A stretch of 64,000 nucleotides of DNA from Planctomycetota bacterium (GCA_016712285.1 JADJRK010000001.1:4058761-4122760); one strand, 5' to 3'. Numbered from the stretch's first letter, positions 19,916 through 30,170 are shown. Program-made: numbers and translations. The notes: generated by a model not told the origin, from the letters alone.

Positions 19916-20034
19916 GGTCCACAGTGAACCACGTCATTCGCCAGGACACAAACGTCGTTGCCCTCACGAACCTCGTGCCGGTCATTGTTCATTCGCGCCC
20001 GTCGCGGGTACACTGTCTGCCTTGCTTACCCGGG

Positions 20035-20454
20035 ATGTTTCGAATGACGATGGTGCGGTTTTCGCTTGCGAGAGTTGTGCTGGCTGACACCCAGCCGTCG
20101 CAGAAGATCGTTTTGAAAGAACAGGGCGGCGTCCGCCACTTCACCATCGAGATCGGCGAGCCTGAAGCCGTGGCCATCTACCGCCGCGCCATGAAGCGTT
20201 TTCACCCAAGGCCGCTGACCCACGACCTGCTCGACAACGTCATTGCGGGCATGGGGGGCACGGTCAAAGCGGTGGAAATCACCGACCTGAAAGACCATAC
20301 CTATTACGCCAACCTGGTAATCCAGACCGCCGACGGCGAGGTGCGCGTGGACGCCCGCCCAAGCGACGCGATTGCGATACTGGTGGGCGCGAACGTTGAC
20401 CTGTTCGTCGATGACGAGCGGGTGCTGGCGCCGCTGTACGGCGACACCCAATGA
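20035..20454 (+). CDS. bifunctional nuclease (BFN/DUF151) domain protein
   Basis: PLTHDLL...ITDL.D.TYYA.L...DARPSDAIA motif block of the BFN family. Confidence 0.7.
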   Translation: MFRMTMVRFSLARVVLADTQPSQKIVLKEQGGVRHFTIEIGEPEAVAIYRRAMKRFHPRPLTHDLLDNVIAGMGGTVKAVEITDLKDHTYYANLVIQTADGEVRVDARPSDAIAILVGANVDLFVDDERVLAPLYGDTQ

Positions 20455-20467
20455 CCGGAGGCACCGC

Positions 20468-22156
20468 ATGAGTCCACGCATGATCCTTTGCCTGCTGCTG
20501 ACCTGCGCGCCATTGTGCGCCGAAGAATGGATCGACTTTCACACGCCCACCGTCGGCCGCGGCGGCGCGGGCGTATCGTTGGCACGCGGCGCCACGGGCT
20601 CGTACTACAATGCGGCAAACGCCGCGCGCCGGCCCTGGGAAAAGGATATCACCCAGGTTGAGTTCGATATCCCGAGCCACATCACCGCGTCATTGCAGGG
20701 CACCAGCTACCGCTGGATGTTCGACACCGTCGAGCTCGCCAACGACCTGGCAGACCGCTTCGACGAGGGCGCCTTCGAATCGGGCGGCGGCGTCGATGCG
20801 GACGACATGCGCTTTGCCATGCGCGTGATTAACCGCCTCGACAAACTCAGCAGCCTCAACGGCGACGGCCTTTACGTCGGCGCGGGTGCGGGCATTGGCG
20901 CGCGCTGGACAAACCTGTTCTTGCCCCGCGACGGCATGAGCGCCTACCTGGGCGGGTTCAACATCGCGGCGGCGTCTCCCTACGTCGATCTTGACAGCCT
21001 GCGCGGCTACCGGTTGACCGACGAAGCCGCCGCGGCCTGGGAAACGCTGATCAGTGAAGCGATTATCAATTCCGGCGGCGGTGCCCCGGCACCCAGCACA
21101 CCGGGCGGCCAGCAGTTCAGCCTGGACCTGCAGGCTGCGGGCTACAGCGCCGCCACCGCCGACGCGCTGGCGGCCTGGGCCGAAGACGCCGACGTGAACT
21201 TTGACGGCAAGGCGGGCGACATCCTGCTCGACTTCCTGATCAACACATACAACGGGACGGGCCAGAGCCTTGAAAGCGGCGCCAACCCCCTTGAGGGCAA
21301 CAACTCGGGGTTCGTGATTCGCGGCCTTGCCTGGTACGAGGTCGGTTTCAGCTATGCATTCGGTCTGCCGATCATGGGCGTCTCTGACCTGCTCACGTTC
21401 GGCGCCACCATCCGGCTGATCCAGGCGTACGCCTTCAGCGAATTGCTGCGCGTCGAGGACATGGACAAGAACGGCGTGGAAGACACGCTGGCGCGGCTTG
21501 GCAACAAGGTGGCCGATGCATACCGCCTGGATGCCGACGCCGCGCGCTTCAATGTGGGCGTGGACCTTGGGCTGATCATCACGCCCTTTGACACGCTGGC
21601 GATCAGTTTTGCCGCGCGCAACATCAACGGCCCGGAGTTCCGCTGGAAGCCCAGCACAACCGGCGAGCCGTCACTGGTGCGCTTCGACCCGCAGTTTCGC
21701 CTTGGCGTTTCGTACATTGCTTTTTACGAGGCGGGGCTGCCCCTTTCGTTCGCGGTCGAAGCCGACCTGAACAAGACCGGCAGCGACATCATGCCCAACT
21801 ATCACCAGCAGTTTGTGCGCGCTGCGATTGCCTTTGAGCCGGACTTCGGGCTTGCCGGCATTGGGCTTCGCCTGGGCGCGTTCAAGAACCTTGCTGATGC
21901 CAATGAGGCGATCACGTTCTCGGCTGGCCTGGGTTTCCGGTTGTGGGTGTTTACGCTGGACCTGGGTGCGCACATGGCGTTTGAGCAGCGTAATTTCGGC
22001 ACCAGCAACGAGTATGAGCCGTTGCCGCAGCGCGCCGGCGCCAGCGTGCAGATTGGATTTCATCTTGAGTTCGGCGGCGGCGACCCCAAGCCCGACCCCA
22101 AGGCCAAGGCGCCCAAAGGCAAGCCGGCGCCGAGTGCCAAACCGAAGTCAAAATAG
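20468..22156 (+). CDS. exported hypothetical protein, possibly an outer-membrane beta-barrel, with lysine/proline-rich C-terminal tail
   Basis: Signal peptide MSPRMILCLLLTCAPLCA; alternating hydrophobic beta-strand-like segments; C-terminus PKPDPKAKAPKGKPAPSAKPKSK. Confidence 0.6.
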   Translation: MSPRMILCLLLTCAPLCAEEWIDFHTPTVGRGGAGVSLARGATGSYYNAANAARRPWEKDITQVEFDIPSHITASLQGTSYRWMFDTVELANDLADRFDEGAFESGGGVDADDMRFAMRVINRLDKLSSLNGDGLYVGAGAGIGARWTNLFLPRDGMSAYLGGFNIAAASPYVDLDSLRGYRLTDEAAAAWETLISEAIINSGGGAPAPSTPGGQQFSLDLQAAGYSAATADALAAWAEDADVNFDGKAGDILLDFLINTYNGTGQSLESGANPLEGNNSGFVIRGLAWYEVGFSYAFGLPIMGVSDLLTFGATIRLIQAYAFSELLRVEDMDKNGVEDTLARLGNKVADAYRLDADAARFNVGVDLGLIITPFDTLAISFAARNINGPEFRWKPSTTGEPSLVRFDPQFRLGVSYIAFYEAGLPLSFAVEADLNKTGSDIMPNYHQQFVRAAIAFEPDFGLAGIGLRLGAFKNLADANEAITFSAGLGFRLWVFTLDLGAHMAFEQRNFGTSNEYEPLPQRAGASVQIGFHLEFGGGDPKPDPKAKAPKGKPAPSAKPKSK

Positions 22157-22174
22157 CGGCGCAAGAATGGAACA

Positions 22175-22205
22175 GGCGAGGGCTGATGCCCTCGCCTGCT
22201 TCGTT
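22175..22205. terminator. bidirectional rho-independent terminator
   Basis: GGCGAGGGC-TGAT-GCCCTCGCC hairpin between convergent genes. Confidence 0.6.
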
Positions 22206-22218
22206 GGAGTTTCTGAAA

Positions 22219-22542
22219 TCAGCCGGCGAGCTTGGCCAGCTTCTTGCGCAGGGCGTCTTCGTTCAGCAACCCGACGTGCTGGTCCACGACTTCGCCGTTC
22301 TTGAAGAAGATGAGCGTTGGCACACCCATCACCCCGAAGTTCTGCGCGATCTCGGGGCTCTTGTCGATGTCAAGTTTGGCGACGTTGATCTTGCCTTTGA
22401 ACTCGGTGGCAAGCTTGTCAACGATCGGGCCAAGAACCTTGCAGGGGCCGCACCACGTGGCGGTAAAGTCCACCAGCGCTACACCCGAGGCAAGTTTTTC
22501 AAAGTTGGAGGCGTCGGCCTCAAGTGTGTCCGGTCCTGACAT
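22219..22542 (-). CDS. trxA: thioredoxin
   Basis: WCGPC active site; 107 aa. Confidence 0.92.
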   Translation of the reverse strand: MSGPDTLEADASNFEKLASGVALVDFTATWCGPCKVLGPIVDKLATEFKGKINVAKLDIDKSPEIAQNFGVMGVPTLIFFKNGEVVDQHVGLLNEDALRKKLAKLAG

Positions 22543-23109
22543 GGCTGTCTCCTAATGCCCCGCACAGGGCTCCATGGTCTACTTCTGCTCAAACGGAAAT
22601 GGAAGGCGCATTATTCCGAACCGGGGCACCGGGGTAAAGACATACCACGACAACGCCGTGGTGCGGGCACCCTGCCCGCAGGCAGTAAGTGGCATCGCCT
22701 TCCAGGCGATGGCGTTGCAGGCGCTTCCAGCGCCTGTTGGCCACGGGCTGGAAGCCCGTGGAACGACATTGGCTAGAAGCCAATGCCACTACGACAAATT
22801 GCCACCACCCACGCCTTCGCGCTTGCGTGGTTTGTGGTGAGGGTTGTCCGGTTGAGCCCCCGGCGTCAGCTGGGGGCATTGGAATGTGCCGCAAACGACG
22901 CATGTTGCCGGTGCCGCGCCTGCCGGGGCTCTGAATTGTTATCGCTGCGATTCCCGGCCTTTACTGGCCGGGCTAAATTATGCATGCCCACGAAACGCGC
23001 TGCGTTTCGCGTGCGCGTTGCTTCGCAACCCTTCGGGCGCTGAACTGCCGCCACGTTGCGATTGGCGGCCGGAGCGATCCATGTCGCGCCCTTCGGGCGT
23101 ATTGGTTGG

Positions 23110-24192
23110 CTATCCGGTGCAGGCGAGCATGTTGTCCAGCGCTACCTTGGCCCAGCGCTTTTCTGTGGGGTCCGGCGTCACCGGCTCCCACGTTTCCAGG
23201 TTCTCCAGACAGTCGCGCAGGTCGCCGGTGCTGATCTTGAACATGTTCGGGCACAGGCTGCGCACCAGCGGAATCACCAGCCGGTCCGGGTGATGCACCG
23301 CGAGCCGGTGAATCATGTTCACCTCGGTGCCGATGGCGACCTTGTCGCCCGGCTTCATCTTGTTGATGACGTAGTCCTGGATGAACCCGGTGCTGCCGCT
23401 GAAGTCAGCTGCGGCGACGGTTTCCTGCGTGCACTCGGGGTGCACGATCACCTTGATGCCCGGGTGCTCGGCGCGGGCTCTCTGGACCATCTCGACAGAA
23501 AAGCGCGTGTGAACGTGGCAATAGCCCTTCCACAGGATCACGCGCGAGTTGGTGATCTGCGCCGGGGTCAAGCCGCCGTTGGGCAGCTTGGGGTCCCACA
23601 GCACAATCTGTTCGGGCGCAATGCCGTACTTGTTGGCGGTGTTGCGGCCGAGGTGTTCGTCGGGGAAAAAGAAGATGCGCTCGCCGCGTTCAAAGCACCA
23701 GTCGAAGACTTTGCCGGCGTTGCTGCTGGTGCAGACGATGCCGCCGCGCTCGCCACAGAATGCTTTCAGGTCGAGATCGCTGTTCATGTACACGACGGGC
23801 ACAACCTTGGCGGTGTTCACGAACTGGCCCAGTTCCATCCAGCTGGTCGCGACCTGCGGCAGGTTGGCCATGTCAGCCATGGGACAGCCGGCGTTGCGAT
23901 CGGGGTGATAGACAACCTGGTCGTCGCGGCAAAGAGTCGCGGCGCTGGTGACCATGAAGCGCACGCCGCAGAACACGATGTCGCGTGCCTTGCCGGCGTT
24001 GGCGGCGGCTTTGCACAGGTGGTAGCTGTCGCCGGTGATATCGCCGCAGGCATGCACGCCCAGGCGCTGGTAGTGGTGCGCGAGGATAAGCAACGAGTCG
24101 CCACGCTCACGCTTGAGCTCACGAATTCGCTCAATGTTCGCCGCTTCGTCTTCTTCGACGCGGATGGGGGATTGCATCACGGTGCCGGCCAT
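23110..24192 (-). CDS. nadA: quinolinate synthase A
   Basis: Conserved NadA blocks (CGVRFM, VVYMNSDLDLKAFCGERGGIVCTSSNA, VHPEC). Confidence 0.9.
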   Translation of the reverse strand: MAGTVMQSPIRVEEDEAANIERIRELKRERGDSLLILAHHYQRLGVHACGDITGDSYHLCKAAANAGKARDIVFCGVRFMVTSAATLCRDDQVVYHPDRNAGCPMADMANLPQVATSWMELGQFVNTAKVVPVVYMNSDLDLKAFCGERGGIVCTSSNAGKVFDWCFERGERIFFFPDEHLGRNTANKYGIAPEQIVLWDPKLPNGGLTPAQITNSRVILWKGYCHVHTRFSVEMVQRARAEHPGIKVIVHPECTQETVAAADFSGSTGFIQDYVINKMKPGDKVAIGTEVNMIHRLAVHHPDRLVIPLVRSLCPNMFKISTGDLRDCLENLETWEPVTPDPTEKRWAKVALDNMLACTG

Positions 24193-24333
24193 GGCTGCCT
24201 CCTGTGTCGCGACACCCTTGGTGTCAACTTCACACTCACATTAGAACATGATTGCGCCCTTATGGGAAGCGGGATGCGGCGGCCATCGCGGTGGAGGCGG
24301 TTTCGGTTGCGCGGCACCGGGCGTTTTCATGGA

Positions 24334-25602
24334 ATGATCGCTTCATTCGCCCGTTATAGAGAAGGCATGTTCCAGATTGGTGCGATCGCGGTCGTTGCTT
24401 TCAACGTGGTTGTGTGGCTCGCGCTGCGCAAGCGTCTGGTTGCGGCATTCCCGCGCCGTGGCAAATGGATTGCGCTTGCGACTATACCCCTGCTGCTGCT
24501 GTTGCTGCACCCCTCCATGCTGATGGCCGTCGGCGGCTGGTCCGGCATGCGCGGTTCGCGCGGTTTGTTCCCGGAATGGTTCCAGATGTTCTGCGTGGCG
24601 GCCCAGTTCGGCTGGATTTTCTACGGCCTGATGCTTGCGCCGTTTGGCGCATGGCGGTTGATGTTGCGGCTGCGCGCATTGGCGCGCCGCGATTCGGGCA
24701 CGCCGTTGCAGCGCCAGCTCGCCGACAGCGGCCGGCGCCGGATGCTCACCAGCGCGGCGCTGATGGTGCCCGCCGCAGCCATGGTGCTTGGTGGCGGCAG
24801 CGTGCTGGCATCGCGTGTGGTGCCGTCGGTCACGCGCATCCGGTTGCGAGTGCCGCGCGAGATGACCAGCCTGCACGGGCTGACCATCGCGCAATGCAGC
24901 GATGTTCACGTCGGCAGCTACATGGGCCGTGAGCGGCTTGCCGAAATTCGCGATGCCATGAACGCCACGGGTGCGGACTATCACGTCGTGACCGGCGACC
25001 TGGTAGACAACCACGTAAGCCAGATGGAACTTGCCACACAGTTTCTGCGCGAGCTGAAACCGCGGCGCGAATCATTCCAGTGCATGGGCAACCACGAGTA
25101 CATCGCGGCCCGCAGCGCCGACGTGAAGACCATTGTCAGCGGCCTGCATGAGACGGGCGCTTCGATGCTGATCGACGAGGCGCGCGTGATTCGTGTCGGC
25201 AGCGACCACTTCTGGATGGGCGGCATCGACTATCCCCGCAACCGCGACCAGAGCGTGAGCGGCCGCGACAACCACCGCGACAGCCTGCTGGCCACGCTGG
25301 CACAGATGAGCGACGATGGCGCGCCGCGCATCGTGCTGAGTCACCATCCGCGCGCCTTTTTTGACGCGCGCGAAATGCAGCTTGACCTGATGCTGAGCGG
25401 GCACACCCACGGCGGCCAGATCAAGCTGGGCCGCGTGGGCGATGCGGCGCTGACGCCGATCCTGCCGCTCGATTACTACCACAACGGGCATTACCAGCAT
25501 GAGGGCCGCAGCCTTTACGTGAACGCCGGCGCCGGCGGTTGGCTGCCAGTGCGCATCAATTGCCCGCCCGAGATCACGTTGATTGAACTGGTTTCAGCCT
25601 GA
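24334..25602 (+). CDS. membrane-anchored metallophosphoesterase paralog 1 (calcineurin-like, internal twin-arginine-like motif)
   Basis: Three to four N-terminal TM helices, GRRRMLTSAAL motif, then DVHVG..GDLVDN..GNHEY..SHHP..GHTHGGQ metallophosphoesterase motifs; the antisense-of-nadA 5' part of the 848-aa ORF is rejected. Confidence 0.75.
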   Translation: MIASFARYREGMFQIGAIAVVAFNVVVWLALRKRLVAAFPRRGKWIALATIPLLLLLLHPSMLMAVGGWSGMRGSRGLFPEWFQMFCVAAQFGWIFYGLMLAPFGAWRLMLRLRALARRDSGTPLQRQLADSGRRRMLTSAALMVPAAAMVLGGGSVLASRVVPSVTRIRLRVPREMTSLHGLTIAQCSDVHVGSYMGRERLAEIRDAMNATGADYHVVTGDLVDNHVSQMELATQFLRELKPRRESFQCMGNHEYIAARSADVKTIVSGLHETGASMLIDEARVIRVGSDHFWMGGIDYPRNRDQSVSGRDNHRDSLLATLAQMSDDGAPRIVLSHHPRAFFDAREMQLDLMLSGHTHGGQIKLGRVGDAALTPILPLDYYHNGHYQHEGRSLYVNAGAGGWLPVRINCPPEITLIELVSA

Positions 25603-26909
25603 TGCGCTACGTGATGGAGGAGTTGCTGGGCGGCATGATGGTCGTCTTCAACATTATCGGTTTTCTGGTCACCTTGCTGAACGTGCTGACGTTCCTGGCG
25701 CTGCGTCGCCGCATCAAGCTGGCGTTTCCGCGGCACAGCGGCTGGGCGACGCTGGGCGTGGGCATTCCGTTCTGGATCATGCTGCACCCGGGTTTGTTCC
25801 TGATGTTCGGCGGGATTTCCGGGTTGATGGCGATTCGCGATGATTCGCCCATCTGGTTCGGCATTGCTGCGATGGCCTGTCAGTTTGCCGCCTGGGTGTA
25901 TGGCGGCGGCTTGCTGATCAAGGGCGCGCCCGGCGCGCTGCTTGATGGCGGGCGCCGGTTGCGCCGCGTGCTGCGGCGCGAAAAGGCGGGCTCGCCGGCT
26001 GAGCAGCGGCTGGTCGATGAGGGCCGGCGCCGCATGCTGGCCAAGGCGGCGCTGACTGTGCCCGCGGCGATAGTCGCGACGGCAGCGGGCGGCGCGCTGG
26101 CGTCGCGCGTGGTCCCGCGCGTGACACGATTGCAACTGCCGGTGCGGCGCGAGTTGACGCAACTGCACGGCATGACGATTGCGCAGGTCAGCGACGTGCA
26201 CGTGGGCAGCTATATGGGCTGGGATCGGCTTGCCGAGATTCTGGGCGTCATGAACTCGACGAACGCCGACTGGTTCGTGATCACCGGCGACCTGATTGAC
26301 AACGACGTCGCGCAGCTTGAGTTGGCGCAGCGTTTCATCAACGGCATGAAGCCGAAACGCCAGACTTTCATGAGCATGGGCAACCACGAGTACATCGCGG
26401 CCCGCACCGGCGACACCCAGGGCATTGTGGCCGCGCTGAAAGACACGAAGGCGACGCTGCTGATCGACGAAGCCGAGAAGCTGAACGTCGGCGGCGCGCA
26501 CCTGTGGCTGGGCGCGATTGACCACCCGCCGCAGATGACGCTGCCGCGCCTGCACGACCGCAGCACCGAGGAAAGCCTGCAACAGGTGCTTGCGAACGTG
26601 CACGACGACGGCGCGCCGCGCATTCTGCTTTCGCACCACCCGCGCACGTTTAACGTGATTCGCGAGCACCCGGTGGATTTGACGCTGAGCGGCCACACCC
26701 ACGGCGGGCAGATCAAGCTGGGGCGCATCGGCGACTACGCGCTGACACCCGTGCTGCCCTTCGAGCACTACCACAACGGGTTCTATGAGCACAACGGCCG
26801 GCGGCTGTACGTAAACGCGGGCGCCGGCGGCTGGATGCCAGTAAGAATCAACTGCCCGCCCGAGATCACACTGGTAGAGTTGGTGCCGGCGCAAGCAACG
26901 AACGCCTGA
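25602..26909 (+). CDS. membrane-anchored metallophosphoesterase paralog 2
   Basis: Same architecture and motifs as paralog 1; start ATG overlaps the paralog 1 stop (TGATG). Confidence 0.8.
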   Translation: MRYVMEELLGGMMVVFNIIGFLVTLLNVLTFLALRRRIKLAFPRHSGWATLGVGIPFWIMLHPGLFLMFGGISGLMAIRDDSPIWFGIAAMACQFAAWVYGGGLLIKGAPGALLDGGRRLRRVLRREKAGSPAEQRLVDEGRRRMLAKAALTVPAAIVATAAGGALASRVVPRVTRLQLPVRRELTQLHGMTIAQVSDVHVGSYMGWDRLAEILGVMNSTNADWFVITGDLIDNDVAQLELAQRFINGMKPKRQTFMSMGNHEYIAARTGDTQGIVAALKDTKATLLIDEAEKLNVGGAHLWLGAIDHPPQMTLPRLHDRSTEESLQQVLANVHDDGAPRILLSHHPRTFNVIREHPVDLTLSGHTHGGQIKLGRIGDYALTPVLPFEHYHNGFYEHNGRRLYVNAGAGGWMPVRINCPPEITLVELVPAQATNA

Positions 26910-26983
26910 CCGTGGCGCACGGGGCCTGGGAGTCTGGTGCCTGACCCCTTTTGCCCCCCAACGCGACGGCAGGCACCGGCTAA

Positions 26984-27059
26984 CGGGCAAGGGACAAAAG
27001 AAAACCCGCGGACCCAACGACCCCTGTCACTGCGGCTCCGGCAAGAACTACAAATTGTG
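26984..27059 (+). pseudogene. SEC-C motif remnant (GPNDPCHCGSGKNYKL*) with no upstream gene body
   Basis: Translation matches the C-terminal SEC-C metal-binding motif of the TPR protein at 33640-33714 (GPNDPCWCGSGKKLKKCHGG); a stop lies ~8 codons upstream of the motif. Confidence 0.45.
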
Positions 27060-27268
27060 ACACACTGCCGTGGACTACGCCCACGCCGCGAAGTAACGCG
27101 GCAAACGCACGATAGAGGAAGGCGGCGTGAGGCGGCGTGACGCGGCGTTGCGTCGCGTTCACAGATATCCAAGTTTTTCTGCACAATCGACTAACACCCA
27201 ATTCGGGGCTGACGCAAAGGCATACTCCTGTCGTTATGGATTTTTCTCCCCTATTCGAGGATGCAAAG

Positions 27269-27919
27269 ATGGAAAGTACAGTTGATCCTGAAATTCAAGC
27301 TCTAACGCTCGTCGGGCGGGCCTTCGAGAGCTTGACAGACACCGACGCACGGCTGCGTGTTGTGAACTGGGCGATCGAGAAGTATGGCATTTCAGCTGGT
27401 TCGCACACGACACCGGCCATTGTTCCTGAGACCACTGCGCAGGAGCAGGTTGCCCAAGCTAGTTCGGTCGTGGAGTCCAACAAAGCAAAGCGTCCGCGGG
27501 GAGCCAAGGCTGACAAGCCCTCGCTAAAACACGATCTGACGTTCCATGGTTCAGGCGAGGTCATGCCTCCACTGCGAGAGTTCTTTTCAGCCAAGTTCCC
27601 CACTGGGCAAGCCAGCCACCCGGCTGCATTTGCAGTCATCGCCCATTGGTTGAAAGAAGTCGGTGGGACAGAAGAGTGCGGAATCGACGAAATGTACACA
27701 GCTTACCGCTGGCTAAAATTGAAAATGCCAAAGGTTTGGGCCCAGGCGTTCCGCGATGGAAAGACGAAACTCGGCTTCTTTGATGATGGCGGGTCTAAGG
27801 GCTGTTATCGCCTTACCCATATTGGGGAAGACGCGGTCATTCGGGGAGAACTCGGTAAGGGCTCCAACATTCTTGGTGACATACAAGCCGACCCGCCAGA
27901 AGTTGATGGAACAGAGTGA
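27269..27919 (+). CDS. hypothetical protein (lower-GC island)
   Basis: ORF in ~50% GC segment; start at MESTVDPE with a GAGGA RBS; alternative starts at 27137 or 27236. Confidence 0.45.
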   Translation: MESTVDPEIQALTLVGRAFESLTDTDARLRVVNWAIEKYGISAGSHTTPAIVPETTAQEQVAQASSVVESNKAKRPRGAKADKPSLKHDLTFHGSGEVMPPLREFFSAKFPTGQASHPAAFAVIAHWLKEVGGTEECGIDEMYTAYRWLKLKMPKVWAQAFRDGKTKLGFFDDGGSKGCYRLTHIGEDAVIRGELGKGSNILGDIQADPPEVDGTE

Positions 27920-28367
27920 TCGCCCATCTGTCGCCCCGAACAACGGGGATGATAGGGAGCATGGTCAGTGTCCCACGCAACAGGGGAAGAGCGTAAACGC
28001 TCATCCCCTGTTGTGTATGGTTTGACTGGCTACTTCTTGCACCTCGCCAAGAAGCACCAGGCTTGGCGGCCATAGTCTGCGGCGTGCAGTACTTTGCCAC
28101 TCCGCCAATGTTTGAACGACTTGCAAAACACCCACTTGAATCCCGGTGGTGCCGGGAAAGGACCGTTTTTCATTTTGCCTCCACAAATCAGAACTAGTCG
28201 CGGGCAATCTGGCCCGCTGAGTGCGCGCAATCCGTTGACGAAGAGCGTGTTGTGGAGTACCGTCTGAGTGTTCAGGTTCAGCGGTGGCAACAGCCATCGA
28301 TCCGGGAAAGCGCGTCCTTGACGCGTTTTCTCGCTTAAGGCGGATCCATACTACCTCGCTTTCCGGC

Positions 28368-28952
28368 CTATCTGGCCTTCTCCGTGAAGTCAACTGCCAT
28401 GGTTCTCAGCCAAGCGGACAGTCGCTCAGCTTCGGCCATGCTTAGGTCCATGGGCAGATTGTCGACCCGCACCACCCAGTCCGCTCGCAACGGGAAACTG
28501 TGCTGAAGCCCGCCGTACAATGGCCGAGATGACTGATGTTCAGCAGCGGAACTTGCCGCGGGACCCGCCTGCCGCTCGGACGACTTCCTTTTCTTTCCTG
28601 CCGCCCCCGAAATTCTCTCAGCAGCTGGGCTCGGCCTTCCCGCAGTGATGTTGGGTTGCCATCCCGTTGGGTTCGTCTGACGTTCCACGAAGTCCCGGAT
28701 TGCTTTGCCTACCCGGGCGGAGTAAGTTCGCAGCGACGGTGCGCTGACCTTGGGGTTGAGGTTTGCGAAGCGGCGAACCAGGACCTTCAGTTCCAAGCGC
28801 CTCACATCGCCCTTCTCTTGGTCATCCAGAATCGAGAATAAGCGTTCACAGGCCGACTTGATTGCCGCCGCCGTGACTGAGTTGTACCAGCCCTTGCTGC
28901 CCGCCAATTCCACGAACTCAAGCACATCCACTGTCGAGTATCGTTGGGTCAT
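28368..28952 (-). CDS. hypothetical protein (island)
   Basis: 194-aa ORF with a Lys/Ser-rich central linker; no recognisable motif. Confidence 0.5.
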   Translation of the reverse strand: MTQRYSTVDVLEFVELAGSKGWYNSVTAAAIKSACERLFSILDDQEKGDVRRLELKVLVRRFANLNPKVSAPSLRTYSARVGKAIRDFVERQTNPTGWQPNITAGRPSPAAERISGAAGKKRKSSERQAGPAASSAAEHQSSRPLYGGLQHSFPLRADWVVRVDNLPMDLSMAEAERLSAWLRTMAVDFTEKAR

Positions 28953-29171
28953 TTCCCACCTCCACCGTCAATTGTCTAATCCGCATAACCAAAAATCAAT
29001 GCCTTGCCGCGAGATTCTGTGACGAAGATAAATCAGCATCTGCATTGAGTTCCTGCGCCCGAGGGGTCACACGAGGTCAGGCGCATCGGCTGACGCGGTC
29101 CTACCCAAGAGCCAGCACTACTTGCGCAAGCGTTGCAGTCATCGGCTTGACCTGCGCCCCAGGGGGGAGTC

Positions 29172-29579
29172 TCAGGCTTTGGCGCCAGCCCACTCGATGG
29201 CTTGTTGTTGGTTGGCGAAGGTGTGGAACTGGGTGACCTTGCCTTTGTGGAAGGTGAAGACGTCGGCGGTGTGGCCTTCGCGCCATTCGGTTTCGGTCTT
29301 TAGCCTTACTCGTACGTGAACCAGCACGATGATCTTGTCGCCGGCGACGATGAACTGTTCCGGCTCGCAATTGCCTTCGGCCCAGGTTTCGCGCGCCTTG
29401 ATGATGTGGGCCTTGACGGCTTCGAGCCCGTGATATGTGCCGCCGTGCGGCGAATCAACAAACTCCGCCCGTTCGATCTGCGGGTCGAACGCTTTGATCA
29501 TCGCCTCAATGTCGCCCCGGTTGAGCGCGGCGTACACTTGCCGCAGCGTCTCCGTCTCGGCCGCCATTGGTTTGTCCAT
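29172..29579 (-). CDS. SnoaL-like / NTF2-like (ketosteroid isomerase-like) protein
   Basis: 135 aa; YAALNRGDIEAMIKAFDP...FTFHKGKV pattern typical of the SnoaL_2/NTF2 fold; upstream 5' extension rejected. Confidence 0.65.
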   Translation of the reverse strand: MDKPMAAETETLRQVYAALNRGDIEAMIKAFDPQIERAEFVDSPHGGTYHGLEAVKAHIIKARETWAEGNCEPEQFIVAGDKIIVLVHVRVRLKTETEWREGHTADVFTFHKGKVTQFHTFANQQQAIEWAGAKA

Positions 29580-30170
29580 GGTTCGCTCCGGCCGTAGTTG
29601 AACCAAGGCTGGAACGGCGTGGCAAGAACCCGGCAGGCTGCGGCGTTTTGGGTTTGCCGCTCGATGTATGCATGGCCGCCGGTCACTGCGGACCTTGCGA
29701 GTGGTTGCCGCAGGTCGCACGCATACCCGTCGCTGGCGCTCCGGGCTCTTGTTCTCCGGTTCGAACGCGGCGTCGTTGGCGTTGCTCCTGTGAAATCCCT
29801 GCACTGAATTACTGACACACCCACTTTGTCTTAACAATTGGGGGGTATGTTCTTCGCGACTGGCGAGGAATACGGCTATCAGCGCCCTTTTGCCACAGCC
29901 CCGATCCTTTCGAGCGACCCTTGGCGATGCCACCCCTCTCGCGCCCCCTGTGGGCGCGTCTTTGTTTTCCCGGAGAATCCATGACTCGACCGTTCCACCG
30001 CGTGCGGCTGCTTCGTTGCCTGGGCTGCGCACTGCCGGCCGGCTCTCGCCCCTTGCCCTTGCCGAGGGCCCCCTGATGCGCTGCCGCTACTCTCTGCTTC
30101 GTGTGCGCTCGTGTCGCCGCTCCCGAAAACTTGTGCGCCGTGACCCGGCCTTCCTGCGCAAGGGGGCAAA

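Noticed and set aside
23056-24333. 5' 430 aa of the 848-aa plus-strand ORF
   Set aside because: It lies entirely antisense to the well-supported nadA gene. The real phosphoesterase gene starts at the internal Met (24334 or 24367) ahead of its TM domain.
28030-28290. 86-aa minus-strand ORF inside the island
   Set aside because: It is too short, has no support and is Cys/Lys-rich; it might be real but cannot be defended.
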